The translations under genes were made by a program, and so were the position numbers. The notes under the pieces were generated by a model that saw nothing but the letters and a program-made list of their open reading frames with translations, was not told the DNA's origin and did not search any database. Of a stretch of 64,000 nt of DNA, positions 27,724-40,224 are shown piece by piece. The stretch comes from Phoronis australis (taxonomy: Eukaryota; Animalia; Phoronida): positions 96,518 through 160,517 of the forward strand of contig NMRA01000082.1 in assembly GCA_002633005.1 (NCBI GenBank). The letters run 5' to 3'. The stretch's first letter is position 1. Each line of letters opens with the position of its first letter.

Positions 27724-28352
27724 TTCAAGAGATTCTGGCTCCGGCCCAAGAATACTACGCATGCGCAGAAAGAACCCCCACCGACGTTATGTTTGCCCTT
27801 GACCCAACGAACGCAGGGGCCAAAGACCATCACACCTCCTTGCAATTCGTTAAAGACCTGGTAAAAGAAATGGAAGTTTCTCCGGAAACCGTCGAGGTCG
27901 GAATGATTCCGATGCACTGTACTTCAATGACTGGTTTTCATTTTGGAACGTACAAGGACAGTGATTCGTTGGCGAACGACATTGACATGTTTAGCTATCC
28001 CGATACAACTCACCTGCTGAACCAACTGTGGTCGAGTTCTTTTGATTCCAGAAACGGTGCTCGAAAAGATGCCAGAAAATTGGCCGTTCTGATTATGAAT
28101 AGTAAAGCAGACGATCTTGCAAAGTTGCAGTTGCAGAAATCAAAACTTCAACTGCATAAAATCGAAATGTACGTTATTGGAATTGGTAAAGACGTGGACG
28201 AAGACGAGATGAACATGATTGCGTCATCGCCGCGACATGTTAAGAAGTTAGACACTTATGAAGACTTGCCTCTATTAAAGGAGCATGTTCTAAATGACAT
28301 TTGTGGCGAAATTGACTTCGATTTCAGGGACAATGAGGTGACGAAATTATAG
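27724..28352 (+). CDS. Three-VWA protein exon 6: degenerate VWA domain 3, stop codon
   Basis: ttttacag| phase 1; C..PTDVMFALD, NGARKDARKLAVLI, MYVIGIG, DIC; TAG at 28350-28352. MIDAS residues are lost. The summed CDS is 2007 nt (668 aa plus stop). Confidence 0.9.
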
Positions 28353-29959
28353 AAGAAATAATCCTATTGCATATAGTAATGTGCTGGTTTCACTCAGACA
28401 AATTTGGCCTGATACACGAGAGCAATACTTTGAACTTCGACGAAAGCGGGTTTGTGCACAGACTGTGTGTAGCTGAATGCAACCAAATGTTAACATAAAA
28501 ATGGAGTCGTTCACAGCGCCATCAACTCTTACTAGATGGCGCTGGGGCAGATAGTAACCTAAATACTCGTTTATAGCCTACAGGTGGTGTTGCTCACTTC
28601 TTGTTTAAAGTTATAGCTGGTGAGTTTTAGTTGACGAGGTTCTGCGAAATTCTCAGGCCAAATTTGTTTCGTATGATTACATTCCAAGCGAAACTTAACG
28701 GTGATCAACCTCAAGTCTTCAAGATGACACTTTTTCAAAAGATCAGACATAATTATTGCGTTAAATGACGAGACGCGTTGTTGATGTGAAGTGATGTAAT
28801 GTGGATTGGCGTAGTGCCGCATGTGCTGCACGCAACGAAGGGCTGTAAACTGGTTAGTGCAATTTGTTTTAGTGCCACGCATGTTTCACAAAATTGCTTG
28901 TAGAGAACGCTTCTCAAGTCGCGCGAGAGCTTAGCGAGATGAAGTCACGCGAGGTCGTCTGCCTGTTTGCTCTTATCAAACTTGTGACTTTTCCGAACGT
29001 GACGATAAAGTTTATAAAGAACGCATAAGTAGTTGGTTGGTGACAGTTTTGAAAAATTAGCATCTTAAAACTATTCTGTACTATTTTCACGAAATTGAGA
29101 GCAAGATCATACTTCACTATAATTTATAGGGTGTGTTTGGTTTAGAAAGTATTGGCGACGATGCTTACGACTAACATTGTGTAAATAATGTTTCGAAACT
29201 TTTTGTGATATTTATTGTGCATTATGACTTTGTTTGCTCCTAAATGAATGTTTTTGCGTGTTACGAACGATCATTAAATTATATGTACGTGATTCGATAG
29301 TTTCTATTACCCGGTACGGAACTAATGATCTGATTTGGAAATGAATTTGAATCAAGCTTTCACGAAACCACTTGTCTTACACGTTTTTCAACTGATGAGA
29401 TAACTAAAGTTTTCTCTTCGGTCTGCGAATTATACATAACACTGTAAAGCATGTCCCGGGTTATTGAAGGAGTTGGCCTCGTTTTCAGCGTCAGATTTTT
29501 AAAGTGCGGTATCAAAGTCATAAGACAGATACCGTGCAGTTCAGTGCGCATGTGTCAAGAAGAAATTGTTCTCAATAGTTTTAAAGTGACTGTTGATGTC
29601 TGGTGAGAGGCTTCTGGAAACGTTAAGCACCTTTCCGGCACGCGCAGTCGGCTGGAAATATACCTGGACTTTTGTGAGGAAATTCCAGTGCTATGTACAA
29701 CGTTCTTCGCACGGAAAATGAAACTATTTTGTGATAGCATTTTACTGTTACGTACAATGATTGTCTTGTGGAAATGAAGACTTTTAGTGTCACTCTGAAG
29801 AAGTGAATGAGACTGCGTCATCACACGAATCGGAAGCGAGTTACACTCGTGTAACTGTGTTTTGTAGTGTAAGGCATCAGTTTGTATTTGTTTATGTTAG
29901 CGACATTCATACTTGTCTTTATGTAAATAACAACTAACTTATTTATTGTACATAAACTT

Positions 29960-30010
29960 GATGTTGACGATGATGACGACGACGACGATGAAGACGATAA
30001 TGATCGTGAC
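29960..30010. repeat. (GAC/GAT)n microsatellite
   Basis: gatgttgacgatgatgacgacgacgacgatgaagacgataatgat. Confidence 0.8.
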
Positions 30011-30713
30011 AGCGTTGGTGATAATGCATGCGAGATGTTCTCTCTATAGCCACAGATGATACAAACTGACAGCGTTGAAATAAACGTATGAAATCTTCTT
30101 GTGAATTTTGTTGATTTATTTTATAGATCACAGTACTTAAAAGAAATATATCAAGGGGTGAAAATATTATACTATTTACATTTTATTAATGCTTGTGTAA
30201 AAAATAGTTTTCTCGAAATACGTGCGAATGAAACACTACAGAAATATTTTGATTCTCTGTCTGAAGATATTTGCTTCTACATGCGGGTTTCCAATAGAAG
30301 TCGAATTGACGTAAAACTAGAATTACTTTAAAAGCATGCATAAGGCCGTTTTCATGAAACAGATCGGATGTCATTACCCGCTAATAAGCGTTAGTCCCTG
30401 AAGTAAAGGAGGATGTTTGATATTAAAATACCGCCGAACTGCAATTAAAAACTTTAGGGTCAGAATATCAAAGTTTAAGAACGCCATCATACAATTATTC
30501 ACAATATACGAACATGTACATACAAAACACACTTGTTAGGCCATGAAAAATAATTCACCGTGTCACTGCCTAAAACAAAATTATTCAAAAGAACGATGCA
30601 AGTCATCATCAAAACATAGATCATAACGACAAAAATTACACGTAATTTTTAAACCTCTCCATGAAGTTTCAATAAACCCACCTTCTGTCGCAACATTTAC
30701 TTCTGATTTAGAC

Positions 30714-30988
30714 CAGGGGCCCGTTTTACGAATGTGACGTCAGACTTAAAACAGAAATTTGGTCTGATGCTTTCACTTCAAAAAGGTTTAGCCAAGCCAT
30801 TATGAGCGCGTCACGGTCTAAATATAATTAATAGAAATTAGTTCTACAATCTCCAGTTATGAGTTTATTTTTGGATACTTTGTAGTTTTGTTTAATTGAG
30901 ATTTGATTATTTTTTGGAAATAATTATGTGGAGCATAAGAATGATTTTCTGTCTCAGGTCGTAAGTCACTTTTCATGAAACAAAACCG
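30714..30988. mobile_element. Related MITE copy (cagggcccgtttt...ttcatgaaac)
   Basis: Ends ccgttttacgaatgtgacgtcagactt / aagtcacttttcatgaaac; resembles 53049-53339. Confidence 0.5.
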
Positions 30989-32509
30989 AGATACTGCTAT
31001 GAAATTGAGCTTAAATTGTTTCGTGTATAATGAAAGGTGATTTCTGAGTTTGACAAGAGGTGGCAGTTTGTACTTGCTTGAGCCCAGGATCCACAACTTA
31101 GCTTGTCACGCCGGGTCATTTGAAGCGCCATTAGTCTCAAGCAATAATGAAATGTGATTTTTTTCCAAACCTGTAAACTAGTTTTCACCTCTGTAAGAAA
31201 AAAATTGACTTTAGGTCAACAGAGGTAACGGGTCTAAATCAAAACTAAATTTCTTTGAAATGTTGTGTTTTAGCAAGTGTCAGTGATAAAAATCAATAAA
31301 TAAGAATCAAACCCGAAGACTGCCGTTGCATAACACATAAAGCTTTCATAATTTGACGGCAAACCACGGTAAAATAAATTAAAAACAAGACGTCCTTCTC
31401 CAAATCTGTCTCCAACTCTTGCAAGCATGACAACGATTTTGAAAAATTCTACGCATCATTACTGCCATGCTTACGTGCTCAGTCGCAACGAATAGTTACG
31501 GCATGTCAATCAATACTTCAGCGAATAGTCCGCCATCTTTTTTGCACAAACATTGGCTGCAAACATATTAAGCGTTAAAATGGTTTAACGATGCGCTTGG
31601 GACGTATGTTATGTAGAACAATGATATGCAGAGGACGAACAAGGACAAGCGCTGTGTGTTGATTAGAGTATACATGTATTTACATGTTATAGACTTCACC
31701 ATCAGCTGAATATATAGTCAGGATAAGTCATAGCGTGCTGGCGACGATATTTATGGACAAACGAGCACAAAGTTTATGGAATTCAGCTTCACAATTTTTC
31801 GCAAATATCATTGTTCTGTTTTATTTTATCAAATAGTTTCTAACTTGAATTAGCAATTAAACTTGGACGACAGTGTGACTTGCGGGAAAGTGGCCTCCTC
31901 GATAATCCGAGGTTTGTTGTTCAAAACACTACATCAATAGCGGGCACCAAAAACCTTTCAAATTCAGTCAATAAAATTACATAGAAGAAGTTTTTCACCA
32001 CCAGCCTCTGTACTATAAAATGGCTTACAAGAGAACCTAATCTTGTTGCCAAACAAAAGGGTAGAATACGAAACAACTACTGTACCAACGGTGTCAGTTT
32101 GGATTGATGGGACATCTGTGGATGGAGCTTGGCCTAATTATCTATGAATGTGCTTAAAAGTTTGGTACCCTGAATGCACTGCTTCGTGCAACAGTTTTAT
32201 TTTGCTTCCCCGTTTTCATGACGTAGCTCTATATTATAATAGTTTCAGTGAAATATGATCAAACACGTTGTGAAGACTGTGTTACTTTAGTTCGTTTACA
32301 AAAGATTTACGCCATATTCGTTTTGGGTAGTGGGATTTCGCAACAGTAACTGCGGCCTAGCTGTGTTTATCGGGGATGCGCTTTGTAGACCCAATACACC
32401 AGTCATACAGCGTACAATATTCACTTCTGGAACGAAAACAATAACATGTATCCCTTAATACAATAATTCTCTATAACAATTCAATATTCCAGCCTCTTCC
32501 ACAAGTCAC

Positions 32510-33932
32510 TTCCGTGAGCGCAATTTTGATAGGTTGCGTTGATAAGGTATCGAGCATGCTGCTGTCTTTCACTTGCATGATTTTGCGTGATCTTTTGTGA
32601 TTTCAATTTTCTCGCAAGAGCCTTGGTCTACGGAAATCTATCCTGACCTATTCTTTCATTATTAGATGTATATGGCCGAATGTACCTTGATAGGTGTGAC
32701 ACCTATTGAAATATCCCGACACTACGTTGACAGACTGAGCGCAAAACCTGTGCATCCACATTTAATCTTCAACAGTATTCAATTAGCTGGCATTAGTCGG
32801 TCGAGAGAGAGAATGGCTTTCATAAAAAGTACGGCGGCTGATCACGTGGGACTGGATAATTCCTGTTGTATGCACACTAGCTGCATACAGAGAGATGACT
32901 ACTTTGCAGTCATTGACATAAATGTTGCCGCAAAAGTTCGATATCATGAAAAATTACACTTTGTGGTTACCACAGGTAAGGCTAGTTGCTTCCTTAGAGG
33001 AGAAGTGACAATATAGAGGTCGTGGTGTCCACGTGACTAGTCGCCTTTAACCTATTTACCCATAGAGGAAAACAGATGCATGCGCACACCAGAGAATAGA
33101 TTTGTGGGCTGTCATCCCCTACTGTCTGGAAGCGTTTCGATTTATCAAAGCATAGACTATAGTACATGGACCGCCAACTCCGTATACTTTCAATGGATGA
33201 AATCTGTGAGCTTGCGCACAAGCCTTTACGTCATTATTCACTGGCGACACCTGGCTAAATTATCTGGTGTAATTTCCGGCAAGTACGNTTCCGTGAGCGC
33301 CATTTTGATAGGTTGCGTTGATAAGGTATCGAGCATGCTGCTGTCTTTCACTTGCGTGATTTTGCGTGATCTTTTGTGATTTCAATTTTCTCGCAAGAGC
33401 CTTGGTCTAAGGAAAGCTATCCTGACCTATATTCTTTCATTATTAGATGTATATGGCCGAATGTACCTTGATAGGTGTGACACCTATTGAAATATCCCGA
33501 CACTACGTTGACAGACTGAGCGCAAAACCTGTGCATCCACATTTAATCTTCAACAGTATTCAATTAGCTGGCATTAGTCGGTCGAGAGAGAGAATGGCTT
33601 TCATAAAAAGTACGGCGGCTGATCACGTGGGACTGGATAATTCCTGTTGTATGCACACTAGCTGCATACAGAGAGATGACTACTTTGCAGTCATTGACAT
33701 AAATGTTGCCGCAAAAGTTTGATATCATGAAAAATTACACTTTGTGGTTACCACAGATAAGGCTAGTTGCTTCCTTAGAGGAGAAGTGACAATATAGAGG
33801 TCGTGGGGTCCACGTGACTAGTCGCCTTTGACCTATTTACCCATAGAGGAAAACAGATGCATGCGCACACCAGAGAATAGATTTGTGGGCTGTCATCACC
33901 TACTGTCTGGAAGCGTTTCGATTTATCAAAGC
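32510..33932. repeat. Apparent ~640 bp duplication around n33288 (likely assembly overlap)
   Basis: 32510-33151 is repeated at 33289-33932; copy 1 then continues into a repeat element that is absent from copy 2. Confidence 0.9.
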
Positions 33933-34238
33933 GAGCTAACGATTTGTCACAAATTGTTTGTTATACAACGTCGCTCTCCTTCTGATGAAATGTGAATTTG
34001 AGTAACTTAAAATTTACAAGGTAGTGCTAGCCTGAGAGCGTTCTACAACGGTCCCACACGTATAAATTCATTCATACAGGTAGTAATGCGTGACCCTCAG
34101 TACAAACTCGTGATATTTTGTGTTTTAAATCCTCCCAGGTATTAAGCAGGCATGTCTTTATTCATTGGCACTACCAAGTGACATAAAGCTTCCCGTCACT
34201 TTGATAATGGCGCTTGCTGGTACTTAAGATTGCGTTTT

Positions 34239-34418
34239 CTACTTATTCTTTCCTCTAACTTGCTTTGCAACCCAAGACATTTTCGCTACGCTGCCAGCTT
34301 TCTTGGGCTTGGTCTTGACTTTCGAGTAATTCGGCTTGGAAGTCGGTGGTGGTGGCGACGGTGACTCATATCTGGGCGCTTCGCTCACGTGCGTTACAGT
34401 TGTGCGTGGTGAATCCCA
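34239..34418 (-). CDS. Mucin-sushi membrane protein: last exon, cytoplasmic tail and stop
   Basis: tctcttttcag| WDSPRTTVTHVSEAPRYESPSPPPPTSKPNYSKVKTKPKKAGSVAKMSWVAKQVRGKNK*. The CDS from ATG 40199 sums to 972 nt (323 aa). Confidence 0.82.
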   Translation of the reverse strand, partial: WDSPRTTVTHVSEAPRYESPSPPPPTSKPNYSKVKTKPKKAGSVAKMSWVAKQVRGKNK

Positions 34419-34735
34419 CTGAAAAGAGAAATACCTCTAGTTACTCAAATCGTCCTTATATTTGGCCACGGTAAACAGACCAGAACCAGTCATACGCCGG
34501 GAAACAACAAAAACAACATCACGCATGCGCACAGCTATCAATTAAACGTATGCAACGAGTGGAAAAAGATTCATGCAACCCAGGTCGTTTTATTTGAGAA
34601 CGCTACAGAAATGCCCAGTTCTCAACCTAGCACAATATCCGAAGTTACGTAAACAATAACAATTTCTGTTTCTGAGAAAGGGCCACAACACCTATTTGAC
34701 ATCCGCAAGTTGATAAAAAATGTACCGGAACTTAC

Positions 34736-34829
34736 CTTGCTGGCACGTGACTGCCTTGGTTTTCCTTGAAGTGACCCGGGATAATCCGAGTAACCATTCC
34801 TTGGAGAGGGAGTAACACTAACGCTTCTC
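34736..34829 (-). CDS. Mucin-sushi membrane protein: cytoplasmic exon
   Basis: tttgtag| phase 2, RSVSVTPSPRNGYSDYPGSLQGKPRQSRASK, donor AAG|gtaagt phase 0. Confidence 0.82.
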
Positions 34830-36831
34830 CTACAAATTCAAGTACACGTGTACTAACATTTACGTACATGCTGTGCGTTTAAAACAATAGGTGCGCTACC
34901 TATTAACTAAACAACTTTTGGACCAGAACACCATTTGTATTGGCAACAAACCCATAAGTTGAAAGACTACTTAGGATAAGAAAAAGACCTTAATAACCTT
35001 GTAAACAACACGTTACTGGTTTAAACAGGGTATAAAGCGGAAAATAGAATATAGAAGATAGAATTCAAAAGCATGTTTATCATATTCAAACTGAAATATT
35101 TGTAGCAAGATGTAAAAAGAATGTCTTATGGTCTTAGACCCTTTTACACAAAAGCTTTCGACAAAAAACATTAATGAGTTCAGAGTCCGGGTTTTAATGT
35201 TTGTACTCGAAACGGAACTCGAAATTATTCTTGGCATTTTACATTCTACCTTAATATACTGAAACTCAGAATGCGTCTATTATTCTCTGATCGAGCACTT
35301 TATGGATTATGGAGATGAGTTTCTAGTCCAACTTAGCACTTGATGACCCCTAGGTCTAAGCCACAAACTCGCGTCAAAACACGACATTCCGTGTTCATAC
35401 TCGAACTTACAATTTTGTGCTGGGATCATCAAGTGCTAACTAGGATTAGACAGTCATACAGGTGCACCGCATTGTTCTTGAGAACAGAACAATGGACACT
35501 TAACTTGAGTTTGCACAAAAAAGAACGGAATATGTCAAAAATAATTTCGAGATCGATTTTTAGTACAAGGAATAGATCGCGGCCCCAGGTCTAACGTATT
35601 AAAACGTAGTTTCCACAGTTTATGGAAGAAATCAATGGACAAAAGGATTGCCCAAACAAATGTGGTTTATATATAAGCGGTGTGTGGCTTACTGTTTCCT
35701 GGTGCGCCCTTGCCGGTCACAACAGCTGCAGCAACCTGAGCCGCGCCTGGAAAGCAGCGAATGAACACGGCGTAATAATGACATTACAACACGTATCGAG
35801 TATAATAGTGTAGAGGTACGTGGACTCAAGGATCTCGCCAAGGAAGCTAGTAAATAACAGTGGCGAATTGAGCTTTTCTTAAAACAGTTACTCTTTCCGA
35901 AAATTTCGATTGACAGATGTCTGTATTGTGTCGAATTAACTTAGTAATTTCTGATTCGCGCCACCTGGTGAATACAGCCAACAATGGCAACATTGTACTA
36001 GCATGGAAAGGAAACAATTCAAAAGCCGTAAACAAAGATCGAAGACTTAGTAGATCATCACAGATTCTGTCAAACAGCGAAATTTTAAAACCTTAAGGTA
36101 AAATAATCTAGCAGAACGAGACCCTATCGCCCCGACGCTGTCCTTTTTGAGTGCTCACAAGCCCACTGAGTAGACCGTTACGTTCTCCACTATTCCAATG
36201 TTTCCTAACTATTAATTTTAAATGGGTTGTCACCTGCGCAAGCTTAGTCAGGTTATTGCGTTTAGATAACACACAAACAAAGATGATGGTGGGAAAAGAA
36301 AACTTGTTTGTGGTTAATGCCACTCAAGTCCCAACTGAAAAGTTCTTTCCGAACTTGTGGTTGGGAACAGGGACAAGAGCACCTCATGCTTCTCATCATG
36401 GGTAAACGGGAACATCTATTTATTCTCAGATTGTGTGTAGGGTTATAGCCGCTTCAATAAAATTGCAATCTCTGACAAGTACTAAAGGAGCGGTGGAGCA
36501 TACAGGACCCCCTTAATGTTAGATTTTACTCGTGGCCCAATTGATTACAGATTAAAAAAAAACGTCACAATTCGATTTCTGCAGGCTTTCTACTTCCAGA
36601 AAATAATACATTTAATAAGCTAAAGTCTATAGTTTTCTTGTCGATAAGGTCCTACATAACGTTAAGACGTCTTAGTATGCATATAAGCTTTCTAACTCTA
36701 ACTTTGCAGTTCCCAGGTGGCGAGATCATTCGACCGCGTGTCGGTCGTGTGGCGATGGGAAACTGTTGGTGGTTCCCTCGATCCATTAAGCACACAACGT
36801 TTATCTATAACCGTAAAAATCACTGATTTAC

Positions 36832-36949
36832 CCGTCAGCTGTTTTGCGACAACACATCCAGTAGCACGTGGCGAACATCAAAAAGAAGACAATAATGCAC
36901 AAGAGACCGCCCACACCGCCACCTATCACGTAAAGGAGGAACCAATCGT
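36832..36949 (-). CDS. Mucin-sushi membrane protein: transmembrane exon
   Basis: gttacag| YDWFLLYVIGGGVGGLLCIIVFFLMFATCYWMCCRKTAD; hydrophobic helix, juxtamembrane CC-RK; donor GG|gtaaat, phase 2. Confidence 0.88.
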
Positions 36950-37521
36950 CTGTAACAAATAACGTCAATATATGTGAGAATCAATTTACAAACTGGGACA
37001 CCAAAAATGTGTTGAACATGTTTTCAGCAGTTTAAAGGAGTTAATGAAAACACTGCTATGCACGCAATAAGACCGAAACGTCATGGCTCAATACTATATA
37101 CCGATTTTTCATTGAATGTTAGGCATTTAGACGTTTCAGTAAAACTGTGTTCAACAATGGCAACGGGAGGCCTTACAATACATTATTGTTATTGCAGCTC
37201 ATAACGGTTTTTTTTTTGAAATTGGACTCATTACAGGTGACAATTGCAAATAAATTTCAAGAATGTTTTAGACATAATTGATTATCTTACAAAGAACTTA
37301 ATCTTTTTATCAATTTCTGGTAAACAGCTTCTAAATCTCCAAGGACCAGATCTGCCCAAAAACGCTGCAGTTATCAATTTATCAAAACATAAAACAAAAC
37401 ATGTTGAATTACGCTTTTATTGCATCTGGTTTTCATCTGCTCCTATTTTCGTGTGCATTATGGTCTCATTTTGGTTTGAATAAAGTGAAAACATTGTCTA
37501 ACGCCATGATTATAACATTAC

Positions 37522-37716
37522 ATGTTTCGGTCATGACGTTGCAAGTAGGCTGCGTTCCTTTCCAACTGAGCGTAGCGCCATCACATGTCTGGGATGGCGT
37601 GCCATTCATTTTAAACCCGTACAGACATTGGAAGGTGACAACAGCACCGCCGTAATATGGACCAGAAGTGACAATTTGGCCATTTGCTATACCCAACGGC
37701 GTCGAACATGTCTGAC
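37522..37716 (-). CDS. Mucin-sushi membrane protein: sushi/CCP/SCR domain exon
   Basis: CSTPLGIANG...GAVVTFQCLYGFKMNG...TC...W...PTC: four Cys plus Trp sushi pattern; cttacag| acceptor, T|gtaatg donor, phase 1-1. Confidence 0.92.
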
Positions 37717-38094
37717 CTGTAAGAGCAAATAGTTGTGCATTATGGTAGGATCTTCAAATGTATTGGGCCACTTCATTGGTTAAAAGTGAGTCAGCCTCAT
37801 CTACTCTACTTGAGCATCACAGACGATATTAGTCACTAGGGGTCGTTAGAAATACTTCGCTTACACCCTGCATGTAACACAAGACGTCAAACTTGTCAAA
37901 AATGCCTGAATCCGCTAAAATCTAGCTCCTTGCAATAAACTTTAGTTTATCAATAGGAAACGAAATGTGTTACAGCTATACAACCATGAGATGAGGTCTT
38001 CATTAGAGGTTATCTCAATCTCCTTGAACATGTCTCTCATGATCATACACTATATGAGTAAAAAGAAATTTCCACTGCATGCCTCCCATTCAGT

Positions 38095-38679
38095 CAAATC
38101 TATCGGAAGTCACGAGAGGTTCTCTATCTCCTTGCTGGCTGGTTCCCTGTGTGTCTGCTACGGCGGTATCATTTAATTTTCTTCGTTTTTTTTCACACCA
38201 ACATTTCTGATTAGCAGGTAGCGTTTTACGAAAACAAACTGCCGAAAAGGGCAAATGTGGATAGTGTTTGTGGTCTGCTCTACAGACAAATCGGTGTTTG
38301 AGATATGTTCAAGAAATGTGAATCGGAAAGTTGTGGTTGTGCCTTTTCGATGTGTTCAAATCTGCCACGCGGCTTTTAAATGCTANCAAATCTATCGGAA
38401 GTCACGAGAGGTTCTCTATCTCCTTGCTGGCTGGTTCCCTGTGTGTCTGCTACGGCGGTATCATTTAATTTTCTTCGTTTTTTTTTTCACACCAACATTT
38501 CTGATTAGCAGGTAGCGTTTTACGAAAACAAACTGCCGAAAAGGGCAAATGTGGATAATGTTTGTGGTCTGCTCTACAGACAAATCGGTGTTTGAGATAT
38601 GTTCAAGAAATGTGAATCGGAAAGTTGTGGTTGTGCCTTTTCGATGTGTTCAAATCTGCCACGCGGCTTTTAAATGCTA
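38095..38679. repeat. Apparent 291 bp duplication around n38386 (likely assembly overlap)
   Basis: 38095-38385 is repeated from 38387, differing by a SNP and a poly-T length. Confidence 0.9.
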
Positions 38680-38886
38680 CTACAGAAACGAAATATTTGC
38701 AGTAGAGAGAAAACATGGTTCGAAAAAAAAATGTTGACAAGACTAAAAATCGTTCACAGTCCGCCATTTTCTTTCTTTGTTGTAAAGCTAACCAATGACT
38801 ACCGAGGTTACATCAACCAGTGATAGCACGTGTGCTACTGAAGTCTCTACCCCTTAACGGACACGCAGGGGACCAGCGAAAATCTC
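38422..38886 (+). mobile_element. Internally deleted copy of the same MITE, in an intron of the sushi gene
   Basis: gctggttccctgtgtgt...acacgcaggggaccagcga ends; shared blocks acagacaaatcggtg and gttgtaaagctaaccaatgact. Confidence 0.8.
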
Positions 38887-39360
38887 GTTACTGCTTTTAT
38901 CTAACGCTAGTTGTCCCCTGATTGGTTGCAGCTTGAGCAGTTACACGTTTCCAGCCGAGGTACAGGCAACAGCCAAATTACAGGGTAGCTAGCGTTTGAC
39001 AAGCGCGACTCGTAAAACCACTTGAGAGTTTCGTCAGATTTGATTAACTCTGCGTAGAAGGCATCGGAAATCTATTTGTTACACATATTGCCTATGAAAG
39101 GTGCGTTCTAAAAAGATCGAAACAATGCTCAGTAATCGTCCATTCACAAACATGTGACTGCAGTGACATAAGACAGCAAGTAATGTCCATGGAGCTGCGA
39201 GCAGATGAGCCAACACACCAAGGCCTAATCAAAAAACCCGTATCTTTTCTTTCCAAATGTATAACGGAAAATTTATGGGTTTGTATGACATTCGAGTGAG
39301 TTAAAATCAAACTGGTTACACGGAATATGCTGTTGTTTTAATCATTATCTATTGTTTTAC

Positions 39361-39471
39361 CTCCACCATTCTGTTGAGAATTAGAGCCTGATGAAGCTGT
39401 TGTCTGTGAAGTTGGACCGCTGTTACCAGATGGCGCTGTTGAAACCGCCGCAGAAGTTGTCGACGTCTGAG
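39361..39471 (-). CDS. Mucin-sushi membrane protein: S/T/G-rich stalk exon
   Basis: gttacag| AQTSTTSAAVSTAPSGNSGPTSQTTASSGSNSQQNGG G|gtaaaa; 111 nt, phase 1-1. Confidence 0.82.
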
Positions 39472-39925
39472 CTGTAACATATTGACACTCGGTAAGACGT
39501 GTTGCATGATTCAGGTTATGTAGGTCCATAGAAAAATTCTTTATTTAGTTATCTTGGGAACATCATAGGCTTATGGCACAAATGGCAAGTCATATTCAGG
39601 CTAAACATGCTTTATGTACTGGTTTTCAAAACGTCTTTAGGAATTGTAAAATGTTTCAGTTTTATTTGAAGGACTATCAAAATGATATGGTCATCACCGG
39701 ACTACGGATCGAATCCAATTGTCACGTTTCTCATTCGCGACTTTCTGTATAACGTGTAATATAGTAGCCCTTACAAACGCATCGTTCGCTTGTAGTAAAC
39801 GTTACAAACAAACACAACGTAGAGTTTGACATCATTAAAGGAGTCGAATTCTCGCCTATACCATAACACAGGACAAGGGAGTCATTTTGCTACCTCTGGT
39901 CGAGATATGAATGTACAGTATTTAC

Positions 39926-40224
39926 CTGAAGCACTGGACGTTGAGGTAGGTGGCACTGCTGCTGTTGTTAACCCACCGGTAGTCATTGTTGTTGCACCTA
40001 AAGTGCTCTGGCTCTCGGTGGATGTGGCACTAGAGGTCGTGGTTGTGTTGTCAGCTCCGGTGGAAATGACTGATGTCGCAGTTGTTGTCGTCGTCAGAGC
40101 TGAAGTGGTTGAGTTATCCGTCGTGGAATTGGAAGATTGTATTGTCGCTATTGCAGCTGACAGGATTATCCAACCCACGGTAAGTCGTCGGAAGGGCATT
40201 GTCACATGTTTGTTACTCTGCCCC
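39926..40224 (-). CDS. Mucin-sushi membrane protein: signal peptide and Ser/Thr-rich mucin-like stalk
   Basis: Acceptor ttttacag|, in-frame ATG at 40199 (MPFRRLTVGWIILSAAIATIQS), then a T/S-rich tract with NST/NTT sequons; donor G|gtaaat, phase 1. Confidence 0.85.

Noticed and set aside
36108-36323. Extra cytoplasmic exon of the sushi gene
   Set aside because: It is not needed for phase continuity and has no convincing splice-site pair.
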